DNA of 63,030 nucleotides, filler included, from Octopus bimaculoides (lineage: Eukaryota): assembly GCF_001194135.2 (NCBI RefSeq). It is 5 parts of 5 records of this genome, joined end to end, with 100 filler letters (N's around TTAATTAATTAA, not from the genome) between each part and the next. Parts side by side here need not be neighbours in the genome. Positions count along the whole stretch, not along the records: positions 1 to 22,946 come from NC_068998.1; 4 more parts are not named here. One strand, written 5' to 3'. Below the pieces are notes generated by a model. It was not told the origin of the DNA. It saw only the letters and a program-made list of their open reading frames with translations, and ran no database searches. The position numbers and the translations under genes were made by a program. Positions 12,526 through 23,046 of the stretch are shown here, in pieces; position 1 is the stretch's first letter; every line of letters begins with the position of its first letter.

Positions 12526-14257
12526 TATATATATTTATCGCTTGCGAGTTATTTCGCTTGTCTATCATTTCCAGGTGTTCTAACACCTGGATAATTCATG
12601 AGAATATATTTCTTATGCCTATAATTGCAGCCTGCCCACAAACTGGTAAAACACATACCTTGTGTATGCGTGTTAGATATTGTTTATAATCCTTGGGCTA
12701 CTTCACATTCATATTTGAACATATATATATACATATATGTTTGTGAGGGTGTTGTGTATGGATATAAAGTTATAAAGTCCCAACAAGTCACTACAAGTCA
12801 AAAAACAGACAAACAGTGAAATAAAACTGAGAAACATTTCTAGGACTGTTGATCCGGTGGAATTTATCACACTGGGTTGGTGAGTGGGATGGGTTTGGCT
12901 ACCCGGGGGTGTGGCAGTGGTAGTGGTGGTGGAGGCGGCGGCAGTGATGGTGGCGGTGATAGTGATGATGATGGTGGTGGTGGAGGCGGTGAGTTGGGGA
13001 GGAGGGGGTAGGGTCCTACAAGGAAATCTTTTGTAATGCTAGTTTGTCTTTTATTACAATTGTATTGACAACTNNNNNNNNNNNNNNNNNNNNNNNNNNN
13101 NNNNNNNNNNNNNNNNNNNNNNNNNNNNNNNNNNNNNNNNNNNNNNNNNNNNNNNNNNNNNNNNNNNNNNNNNNNNNNNNNNNNNNNNNNNNNNNNNNNN
13201 NNNNNNNNNNNNNNNNNNNNNNNNNNNNNNNNNNNNNNNNNNNNNNNNNNNNNNNNNNNNNNNNNNNNNNNNNNNNNNNNNNNNNNNNNNNNNNNNNNNN
13301 NNNNNNNNNNNNNNNNNNNNNNNNNNNNNNNNNNNNNNNNNNNNNNNNNNNNNNNNNNNNNNNNNNNNNNNNNNNNNNNNNNNNNNNNNNNNNNNNNNNN
13401 NNNNNNNNNNNNNNNNNNNNNNNNNNNNNNNNNNNNNNNNNNNNNNNNNNNNNNNNNNNNNNNNNNNNNNNNNNNNNNNNNNNNNNNNNNNNNNNNNNNN
13501 NNNNNNNNNNNNNNNNNNNNNNNNNNNNNNNNNNNNNNNNNNNNNNNNNNNNNNNNNNNNNNNNNNNNNNNNNNNNNNNNNNNNNNNNNNNNNNNNNNNN
13601 NNNNNNNNNNNNNNNNNNNNNNNNNNNNNNNNNNNNNNNNNNNNNNNNNNNNNNNNNNNNNNNNNNNNNNNNNNNNNNNNNNNNNNNNNNNNNNNNNNNN
13701 NNNNNNNNNNNNNNNNNNNNNNNNNNNNNNNNNNNNNNNNNNNNNNNNNNNNNNNNNNNNNNNNNNNNNNNNNNNNNNNNNNNNNNNNNNNNNNNNNNNN
13801 NNNNNNNNNNNNNNNNNNNNNNNNNNNNNNNNNNNNNNNNNNNNNNNNNNNNNNNNNNNNNNNNNNNNNNNNNNNNNNNNNNNNNNNNNNNNNNNNNNNN
13901 NNNNNNNNNNNNNNNNNNNNNNNNNNNNNNNNNNNNNNNNNNNNNNNNNNNNNNNNNNNNNAACTATATGCCAGGCCCACCACTACCAATATTGGTGTCA
14001 CTACTTGAAGAGTGTTAACCAAAGTGATCCCGAACAATACACACACACACACACACACACACACAAATACACACACACATACAAGCGCGCGTGCATACAG
14101 CCACATACGCACACAGCTATTACCAATCCGGAACAATAGTACCAGGCCCACCACTACCGACACTGTTACCACTGGTTGTAGAGGCTTCATCTTTCTCGCC
14201 ACTCTCTACAAAAAGATCATCTCTCTCTGTCGTCCTCTCTCTTTCTCTCACACTGTC

Positions 14258-14321
<64 letters not shown>

Positions 14322-14988
14322 GCACACTGCCATTGCTCTCCAGAACTATAACACCTGAACCACTGCCGCCACAACAATTTCCAAACGTAACCAATTGTCA
14401 GGATTGAACCAACAAACTCCAGGACACAATTAAAGGTAAGATTTATGATATACCATTACGAGTAGTAGTAGTAGTAGTAGTAAATGTTGTTGTTGTGGTA
14501 CACGGTGGAGTATGTGCTGCGGTCCAGTAAACAGTTTTGAACGGTTGATGAGAAGAACAAGACTGGCTCCTGTAGATGGACCTACATCCAATACAGAGTT
14601 GTGAGAACACTGCTAGAAGGCACTCTCTATACTCAGAATGATCCAGGAGCCGAGGTTTCCTTAACCACTCAGAAGGCCGTTCACCCTTATAAAGAGGTTT
14701 CATTTCCGTTCCCTTCTAAACTACTGTGGCTTTTACTTGTATTTTTTTCTTTCTTTCTTTCTCATAATATAACCCATGTAATCTCTCTTCTACACATTCA
14801 CAATAACTCGTACAACAATACCCTCTCGTCTGTTGCTTATGTGGTTATAAGGAAATAGAATAATTGCGATTATTATTTATTCTTTTTATCTCAGGTTTTG
14901 TTGTAACTTCTAGAGTCTTGCATGCTTAGTGGGCTTGCTGCCTGCAGCCTACGGTACCAAGCTATCTGTTCTTTTCAACAATTTAATA

Positions 14989-15330
14989 CAGTGGTTCCCA
15001 ACCTTTTCACTACCACAGACCCAAGATATTCCTTTCTACTTTAGGCACAAGGCCCGAAATTTGGGGGGAGGGCGGCCAGTCGATTAGATCGACACTAGTA
15101 CACAACTGGTATTTAATTTATCGACCCTGAAAGGATGAAAGGCAAAGTCGACCTGGGCGGAATTTGAACTCAGAACGTAAAGACAAACGAAATACCGTTA
15201 AGCATTTCACCCGGCGTGTTAACGTTTCTACCAGCTCACCGCCTTACAGACCCCAGGATATTGAAAAGTCTGTCAATTAACATACTGATGGATCACCAGA
15301 GGTCCGTGGACCATAGGCTGGGAACCACTG
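14989..15330. mobile_element. hAT (Charlie-like) MITE interrupted by a SINE
   Basis: Ends are CAGTGGTTCCCAACC and GGCTGGGAACCACTG. Confidence 0.75.
15031..15246 (-). mobile_element. SINE family A copy with an about 16-bp TSD inside a hAT MITE
   Basis: The flanks are ACAGACCCAAGATATT (15015-15030) and ACAGACCCCAGGATATT (15246-15262). Confidence 0.85.
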
Positions 15331-15925
15331 GGCTGTGCCAAGGAGGCAGGCTTTTTGTAGCAGTTTTACCGGGCACTCTATTCCAATTTCCTTTATATTC
15401 CTCTTGATGCCTTCTGATACTGTCCCCAAGGAACGAATAATAATTAGCACTATATTCACCTTCTTCATTTTTCATAGCCGGGTTCTTTCGTACTTAAGAG
15501 GACTGTATGTGTCTACTTGTCCCCTTCTTTCTTGACTATTCGTGGGTCACGCAAAATCAACTATATAGCACATGTGATGCACCTTGTTCACCACCATTAG
15601 GTTCGGTCTGTTATGCTCTAGCACCTGATATGTTTGGATTGAGAAAATCACAGAGCATTTTTCAGGTCTCCGACTCCGCCTCTCACTGCGGTTTGTTCTC
15701 ATACCACATCTTGCTTCTCTCTAGCCGCACTTTTTGCACAGCTTCCTGGTCGTGTCGCCACAACTTGTAGTGGTTTGGGGCAAGTGTAGGACATTCGTTC
15801 GCGATATGGGCAATGGTTTCGTCCACTCAATCACAGATGCAGCAAGGGGAAATACTTGCTCATTCCTAAGGTTGACCCTCCAATATGTTACCAAAGCTTG
15901 GTCTTGCGCTACCAGAACAGTGCTA
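15331..15925 (-). mobile_element. R4/Dong-clade non-LTR retrotransposon 3-prime fragment (CCHC plus REL endonuclease)
   Basis: VAQDQALVT, CRICD*VDETIAHIANEC..RHD, HNRPN and LLQKACLLGTA. Confidence 0.85.
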
Positions 15926-16759
15926 CGTCTTGATTTCAAATTCCGTCGAGGTCGACTTTGCCTTTCATCCTTTCGGGGTTGTTAAAATAAGTACCAGTTG
16001 AGAACTGGGGTCGATGTAATCGATTTGCCACCTTTCCCGAATTGCTGGTCATATGCAAAATTATTTGAAATTATTATTAAGGTGATGAGCAGACAGAATC
16101 ATTAGCATTTCGGACAAGTAAGTTTTATCTATCTACACACACACACACACATATATATGACGGGCTTCAACACGGTTTCCGTCTACCAGATTCACTCACA
16201 AGGCATTGGATTGTTCGGAGTTATAGTAGAAGGCACTTACCCAAGTTGCTGTGCAATGGAGACTGAATCTCGCCGAAAGCACAAGTTTGCAAAACGAGCT
16301 TCCTAACCACACAGCCATACTTGCGCCTATTTAAAATCTGACTTATTCCAAAACACGTATAACTACATCTATTGTTTCAGTAAAAAAACTAAAAAAAAAA
16401 ACTAGCTGTGCCACAATTCAACTAAACGTTCACATTTTGGTTCATGTAGACATTTCTAGTTTGCTGTTTTTATTGTTTAGCACAAAACTTACGTTAAAAC
16501 CTCATTTATTTCCCAAGCGTTTCATGTCGTTTCAAATTAACGATTCAGTGCTGGAGAATGTTATTAACACAGTTCTGTGAATGTTTCGTTCTATTTTATT
16601 AATCATCTCCAGTTTATCACGAAGTTTTAATGTTGTTCTCCTTTTGTCTCTTCCGTTTAGTGACTTAAGACATCAAGGAGAGGTTTACGACAGGGAGCAA
16701 AATTTATTTATTTTTAATAAACCACTCGAAATTTAGTATGTCGTCTGCACGGCGTTCAT

Positions 16760-18170
16760 TTTATTAAATGGCGACACTGGAGAGAAGGAAAAATCTAGCA
16801 AGTTGTCGGTTGCCGACAACAAATTGGCAATTATCTTCTACCATTGACTCGAAGTAGCCAATAAAGTGGGAGAGTAATTTTGAAAGGAGAAACTGTTTGG
16901 TGCACCACTTGTAGTGTTAGGTGGAATATTGTCTCCCTGGATGACTGCTTTCAGTAGCGTCGTTAGCCTGGGGTTTTTCGCTGATTGCGGATTTTATTTT
17001 GTGTGCGCGTGCGCGCGCATAAGTGAGTGTACGACCGAAAATTGTATTCAATAAATTAGTTTGGAGTCACCTGTATATAATAAGAGTTTGACTCAGTTCC
17101 CCGTTGCTTAGTTTCGTGGACGTTAGAATCTCCTTATCAGATGTTCGGAGACACGCATACACACACAAAAAAGCATATATATATATATATGTATATTTCC
17201 ATTGTATATATTTTTTCCATGTGGAGGTGTAATGGCCCAGATGTTAGGGCAGCGGACTCGCGGTTTCGATTCCCAAACCGGGCGTTGTGAGTGTTTATTG
17301 AGCGAAAACACCTAGAAGCTCCACGAGGCTCCGGCAGGGGTGGTGGCGAACCCTGCTGTACTCTTTCACCACAATTTTCTCTCGCTCTTCCTGTTTCTGT
17401 TGTGCCTGTAATTCAAAGGGTCAGCCTTGTCATACTATGTCACGCTGAATATCCTCGAGAACTACGTTAAGGGTACACATGTCTGTGGAGTGCTCAGCCA
17501 CTTGCACGTTAATTTCACGAGCAGGCTGTTCCGTTGATCGGATCAACTGGAACCCTCGACGTCGTAAGCGACGGAGTGCCAACAACAACAATTTTTCCCA
17601 TCCATCTTTTATCTTTATTTCCGATCATTCCTCTGATGAACTTCAGTCCGAAACATGAAGACTCTTCCCCAACTTTTTAAACGTTAAACTAACAAAAATA
17701 TTTATTAAAACTTGTCTCTCTCTTGTTTTCTTTTTGTGCTCATTACTTTCTTAACACACACACAAATGTATGTATGTATGTACGTACGTACGTACGTACG
17801 TACGTACGTATTATGTATGTACGTATTATGTATGTACGTACGTACGTACGTATTATGTATGTATGTATACCCACGCATACTTGTCTAATACTGTCTGTTG
17901 TATCTTCTTTTCACTAGCTTACTCAGTTCGGTGTCTCAGTTTTGAGGAAAACATTTTGGAGATCATTTGAATATCTGCTGTTGCTGCTGCTACTACTAAG
18001 AAAGACTGTCATATGAGGCGTTTCTCATCCTATAATTCTTTCCTTAACTCAAGAATCAAAGAAAAATATCCACATTAAAAAAAAAGAACTTATTTACAAA
18101 AGCCAACATTCTATGATATTGATCTAATCTCTGTGTAACAATTACATCTTCCCCAATGAAGAACTTTTCC
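16760..18170 (+). promoter_or_regulatory. Candidate promoter, non-coding first exon and intron for the LRR gene
   Basis: YY1-like AAATGGCG near 16767, locally CpG-rich sequence, donor AA|GTGAGT at 17023, and acceptor CTTTTCCAG ending near 18170. All linkage is inferred. Confidence 0.25.
17223..17590 (+). mobile_element. SINE family B, full length (tRNA-derived head, RTE-type 3-prime end, CAA tail)
   Basis: GGAGG..AATGGCCCAG..GTTTCGATTCC head and GGAACCCTCGACGTCGTAAGCGACGGAGTGCCAACAAC tail. Other copies are at 4900-5149(-), 5918-6031(+, 11-bp TSD AGCCCTAGTCC) and 51617-51965(-). Confidence 0.9.
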
Positions 18171-18281
18171 AGATTCGTTTAAACGCAAGAATTTCTAAAT
18201 CCGATGGTGTTACTCCACTGTAAGATTTGGTTTTATTCGAAGACAAGATACAAGGAAGGATCGACCTAGCACCGATCAGAG

Positions 18282-20666
18282 ATGCCGGCTGCCAACTCTG
18301 TTGCCCACTCCAAATCCCGGGGTAATAAGAAAGACAAACCTCCACCAGCCACGGGCCCCGGCAGTAAGATTGTGTCCTTGTCCAACAGCCTGAAGAAACA
18401 TATCCAGATTATAAACAGCAATAAAGTCCACATTCAGTATGACACATTTAATGTGAAGTCTCTTCCTGTTGAGATATTCACCAACGAGGAAATCGCTGAG
18501 AAAACCGTCCAACTTCGTATTGGCAACAACAGGCTTAAACGTCTGCCTCAGACAATCGCTAATCTAAAAATTCTGGCTTATCTTGACGTTAAGAATAACA
18601 ACTTAAGCAAATTCCCCAACAGTATTTCGGAGATGAAGAATTTAGCAGAGCTTGATCTGACAAACAATAATCTAAGGAAACTCCCTTCTTCCATACACAA
18701 AGCTTCTTCTCTTTCTGTGCTCCATCTAAAGAACAATAAATTGTCTAAACTTCCAAACAAGTTCGGTAAATGCCCGGTGCTTTCTCATGTGGATTTTTCG
18801 TATAATTTGATTAAAACCTTTAAAAAGAATGTCTACGAACTCAATGCCGTCATAGATATGTCTTTTAACCGTCTGAAAAGCCTTCCAGCTGTCAGTGTCA
18901 AAAAGTCGAGTGTAAAAGTGTTTAATCTGTCCCATAACATGATTGAAAAACTACCCGAGAGTATCCACAAACTAATGCGACTTACTCGACTGAATTTGAC
19001 GCAGAACCTACTCCAAGTGATTCCTGCCGAAATTGGTCAGTTACGTTACCTGGAATATTTAAATATTTCCCATAATCAACTGCATTCTGTGCCTGAGGAA
19101 CTCTGTAACATAGCTACAGCTCTCCAAGAACTGGATCTCTCACACAACCAGATCACCTCATTTCCAGATCGTGTAGAAAATCTTTGCAATCTGAAACTTT
19201 TGAATCTATCGTTTAACCAAATCGAGTACATTCCGACAGGTTTTAAATTCCTGACTTGTTGCGAAGATATAAATGTTTCTCACAACCATTTGACTTCCAT
19301 GAAGTTTGCCGTAAGTCTTTCAGAACTGAGTGACCTCGATGTTTCCTACAACAACATCGAGGTTATTCCTGATGATATAGAACATATGAAATCTCTACGG
19401 AACTTAAATGTTTCGTTTAACGGTATCAAAGAAATCCCAGAAAGTATTAGTCGCCTTCCATCTTTAAAACATTTCAATATATCCGGTAACTGCATCAATT
19501 TTTTGCCGAAATCACTTGGAGAGAATCAAATGCTGAGATCTTTAGATATTTCCCAAAATCTCATTTCTACTTTACCTGCAGATCTCTATACGTTAAGAAA
19601 TCTCGAGTTGTTCCATTTTTCCAACAACAATATTAGTGAAATACCTCAGTCTATAAAATATCTCTATCAACTCCAGTCACTGGATGTCTCACAGAATAAT
19701 CTTACAGATGTCTTTCTTCCTAAAACCGTCTGTAAATTGTATCTGTCGGAAAACCCTTTACGAACAAACCCCGACGATTCTAAGTCGACTTTATATTTAA
19801 TTGGGCAAAAGGATCACGCAAGTCACTTAACAGCTTTGGAATTGGTAAACCTAAACTTAGATGCCGTCCCTCCGGCTGTCTTTCAACTTCGTCTTCTGAC
19901 CCATTTAAATATTTCCAAAAATGACATCAAAGATCTTCCAGACAAATTCCAGAAACTTCGTGTTTTGATTTCCTTGGACATAAGTGACAATCGTCTTCCC
20001 GATCTTTCACCTTCGTTTAAATATTTAGGACATTTAGAGAGGCTGAATGCCAGCAAAAATAACTTGAAGCGATTTCTACCAGAATTAACGAGTCTAATTC
20101 ACTTACAGGAATTAAACATGTCCACAAACCACATCACAGAATTGCCAAATCATTTCGGAAGTCTAAACAAACTTCTGAAACTGGATCTTTCAAATAATCG
20201 GTTACAACATTTCCCACGTGATCGTATTGATGTTTTCGCGTCGTTGATTTCTTTGGATTTGTCCAACAACCAAATTACCTTTATTCCAATTCAGTTCACT
20301 TACCTATACAGGATTAAAATTTTGACTCTTTCAACGAACAACGTCGAAATTCTTCCAACTAAAATCAACAAAATGGCTTCATTGGAAGAATTGGATGTCT
20401 CTGATAATCTCCTTACAGAACTCCCAGAAAGTATTGGTAAACTGCCGAGGATTAGAAAGATTAAGGTAAACGACAATAAAATTACGGCGGGTTTCCCAAA
20501 GAATTTTGAGCATCTTCGCAAAAATGTCGACGTAGTGTTTGAAAACCAGTCGTTTTACAAGACACGCTCGGGTACCACCCCTGCTGCGAAGCCTTCAGTT
20601 TTAAATCAGTTATCGATTCCAGAGAAACTAGATAGAGATTCCCAATCAATAACACCTGAAAGGTAA
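18282..20666 (+). CDS. Cytosolic LRR-only protein, 794 aa, about 29 LRRs (LRRD1/SHOC2/LAP-like repeat type)
   Basis: Uninterrupted 2385-bp ORF with an in-frame upstream TAG. About 29 LxxLxLSxNxL units counted by eye. Basic low-complexity N-terminus. No signal peptide, TM, ROC, PDZ or death domain is visible. Confidence 0.92.
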   Translation: MPAANSVAHSKSRGNKKDKPPPATGPGSKIVSLSNSLKKHIQIINSNKVHIQYDTFNVKSLPVEIFTNEEIAEKTVQLRIGNNRLKRLPQTIANLKILAYLDVKNNNLSKFPNSISEMKNLAELDLTNNNLRKLPSSIHKASSLSVLHLKNNKLSKLPNKFGKCPVLSHVDFSYNLIKTFKKNVYELNAVIDMSFNRLKSLPAVSVKKSSVKVFNLSHNMIEKLPESIHKLMRLTRLNLTQNLLQVIPAEIGQLRYLEYLNISHNQLHSVPEELCNIATALQELDLSHNQITSFPDRVENLCNLKLLNLSFNQIEYIPTGFKFLTCCEDINVSHNHLTSMKFAVSLSELSDLDVSYNNIEVIPDDIEHMKSLRNLNVSFNGIKEIPESISRLPSLKHFNISGNCINFLPKSLGENQMLRSLDISQNLISTLPADLYTLRNLELFHFSNNNISEIPQSIKYLYQLQSLDVSQNNLTDVFLPKTVCKLYLSENPLRTNPDDSKSTLYLIGQKDHASHLTALELVNLNLDAVPPAVFQLRLLTHLNISKNDIKDLPDKFQKLRVLISLDISDNRLPDLSPSFKYLGHLERLNASKNNLKRFLPELTSLIHLQELNMSTNHITELPNHFGSLNKLLKLDLSNNRLQHFPRDRIDVFASLISLDLSNNQITFIPIQFTYLYRIKILTLSTNNVEILPTKINKMASLEELDVSDNLLTELPESIGKLPRIRKIKVNDNKITAGFPKNFEHLRKNVDVVFENQSFYKTRSGTTPAAKPSVLNQLSIPEKLDRDSQSITPER

Positions 20667-20771
20667 CCGCGGCGGTTACCTTTCAGTGATTGGCTGCAAT
20701 CCAATTACTAGAAGAAGCAAAAGGTAACATCGTCAGCAGTGATATTGAAACTTAATATTTTAATCCATGAT

Positions 20772-21370
20772 AAGGCGGCGAACTGGCAGAGTCGTTAGCT
20801 CACCGGAGAAAATTCTTATCGGCATTTCGTCCGTCTTTACATCCTGAGTTCAAGTTCCGTCACAGTTGACTTAGCCTTTCATCCTTTCGGGCTTGATAAA
20901 ATAAGTACCAGTTGATCACTGAGATCGATGTAATCGATTTACCCCCAACCCCCACTCTGAAATTGCTGGCTTTGTGCCAAAATATGAAATCAATATTTTA
21001 ATCCATGTTAAGGCGGCGAACTGGTAAAATCGTTAGCACGCCGGACAAAAAGTCTTAGCGGCATTTCATCCGTCTTTACGTCTGGAGTTCAAATTCCGCC
21101 GAGGTTGACTTTGCCTTTCATCCCTTCGAGGTCGATAAAATAAGTACCAGTTTAGCGATATGGTCGATGTCATCGACTGACCCCGCTCTCTCGAAATGAC
21201 TGGATCTGTGTCAAAATCTGAAATCCTTGTTTCGCCGAGGTTGACTTTGTCTTTCATCCTTTCAGGATCTTTCGGGGGTCGATAAAATCTGTACTAGTAC
21301 AGTAGTCAAAGTAATCGACTTACTCTCATCTCCCTTAAAATTGCAGGACTTGTGCCAAAATTTTGAACCG
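20772..21370 (+). mobile_element. Tandem cluster of SINE family A (tRNA head; central GAGGTCGACTTTGCCTTTCATCCTTTCGGGGTCGATAAAATAAGTACCAG domain, recalled as Meta/MESC-like)
   Basis: Two full copies and one truncated copy with A- and B-box-like motifs. Other copies are at about 1944-2150(+), 5250-5410(-), 7270-7395(-), 15031-15246(-), 15925-16075(+), 24590-24780(-), 24815-25027(-), 27217-27427(-), 38356-38500(+), 39326-39460(+) and 40720-40930(+). Confidence 0.85.
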
Positions 21371-21377
21371 AACACTT

Positions 21378-21583
21378 TAATCCTTGAAGTAGTTGTATGC
21401 TGTCAACTTAATGTGATAGTCCCATGAAAGGAATAATCCTACTGTTGTAAACATAAGGACACAGGAAATGTGCCAAGGCCGACAGGAAGCAGTGCAGCTT
21501 CCTAGATCTAAACAACAGTAGTATTATTCCCTTCATGGGACTGTCACATTAAGTTGACAGCATACAACTACTTAAATGTATTA
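21378..21583. repeat. Inverted repeat with about 60-70-bp arms; probable MITE
   Basis: AAGTAGTTGTATGCTGTCAACTTAATGTGA.. pairs with ..TCACATTAAGTTGACAGCATACAACTACTT. Confidence 0.85.
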
Positions 21584-22112
21584 CTACTGCATAAATCCGA
21601 GAGATTTAGGAATGTATTATTTCTAAACTTTTAATCCTTGTTTATAACCCACTCACCCACCCCTTTTGGGTAAAAATTAATGGATACACACAGTTACTGG
21701 AGATAAATATTAAAAAAAGAAAAGAAAAACATTTAAAAACAAAATCAAAAATCTATGTAACTTATGATACTCTTAAGGTCATATTTGAACTCAGCAGGAC
21801 AGAAAGATAATGAAGTACTTATTAATTAATCTAGTTAATTAATTAATCTAATCCATCAATTTGTTAATCAATCCATCATCTTGTCAATAAAATCAACCAG
21901 CTTCTCATTTTTAATTAATCCATCAGTTTGTCGATTAATTAAACAATTTATTGATTAATCCATCGTTTGGTAATTAAATTAATCAGCTTGTTAATAAATC
22001 CGTCAATTTTTTAATTACTATATAAATTATGATTGCTATATTATAATCTATCTATCTATCACAATAATATATTACGGTATATGACTGAAATTTTCCTCTA
22101 CTCAACATTTTA

Positions 22113-22156
<44 letters not shown>

Positions 22157-22369
22157 TCTCTCTCTCTTGTTCTCTCTCTCTCTCTTATTTACTTCAACAA
22201 ACTTTCTAACCATGTAATTCCCCTCTTCACATGGTTAATATTTCTCTTTCTTTTCACCTCTCACGTCAACTAATCACCTGGTGGTAATTACCTTCGACGT
22301 GATTGAGCAACCAATCCAACTGATTGGGATTTATATATATTCTTTTCATTCTATTCTTTTATTTGTTTT

Positions 22370-22453
22370 AGTCATTTGACTGCGGCTATGCTGGAGCATT
22401 GCTTTTAGTCGAACAAACCGACCCCAGGACTTATTCTTTGCAAGCCTAGTACT
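22370..22453 (+). repeat. Dispersed repeat family D (GTCATTTGACTGCGGCCATGCTGGAGCACCGCC)
   Basis: The same motif occurs at 385-420(+) and about 4775-4820(-). Confidence 0.65.
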
Positions 22454-22498
22454 NNNNNNNNNNTAACACGAATCTTGCAAACCAAATCCAAAATATAC

Positions 22499-22530
<32 letters not shown>

Positions 22531-22790
22531 TGATATATATATATACATACATACATATATATACATATATAAACATACATATATACATACATATATACAT
22601 ATATAAACATACATATATACATACATATATACATATATATACACATATATACATATATATACATGTGTATATATACATCTATACATTTACATCTATGCAT
22701 ATGCATGTATATATATACACCTATACATACATACATATGCATGTATATATATACACCTATACATACATATATATATATATATACACACCT

Positions 22791-22825
<35 letters not shown>

Positions 22826-22832
22826 CACACCT

Positions 22833-22863
<31 letters not shown>

Positions 22864-22990
22864 CATATATATGTGCAGATGTATATACACATATATACAT
22901 GCATACATATATATATCTATATACATAATATATATATATATATATANNNNNNNNNNNNNNNNNNNNNNNNNNNNNNNNNNNNNNNNNNNN

Positions 22991-23002
22991 TTAATTAATT
23001 AA
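22991..23002. other. Artificial assembly linker TTAATTAATTAA flanked by N runs (also 30469-30480, 47297-47308, 58518-58529)
   Basis: An identical 12-mer with stops in all six frames sits inside N runs four times. Confidence 0.95.
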
Positions 23003-23046
23003 NNNNNNNNNNNNNNNNNNNNNNNNNNNNNNNNNNNNNNNNNNNN

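Noticed and set aside
12900-13015. Gly-codon-rich GGT/GGC tract as another ALK exon
   Set aside because: It is a degenerate trinucleotide repeat with no ALK motif or splice sites.
16935-16990. C/D-box snoRNA candidate (GATGAC..CTGA)
   Set aside because: The C box is imperfect and there is no terminal stem.
17223-17300. tRNA genes suggested by A/B-box motifs here and at other SINE heads
   Set aside because: They continue into SINE bodies and lack a full cloverleaf.
17625-17665. Hammerhead-like CTGATGA..CCGAAACATG motif
   Set aside because: Stem II is only 2 bp, there is no NUH triplet in register and no stem I. At best it is a dead relic.
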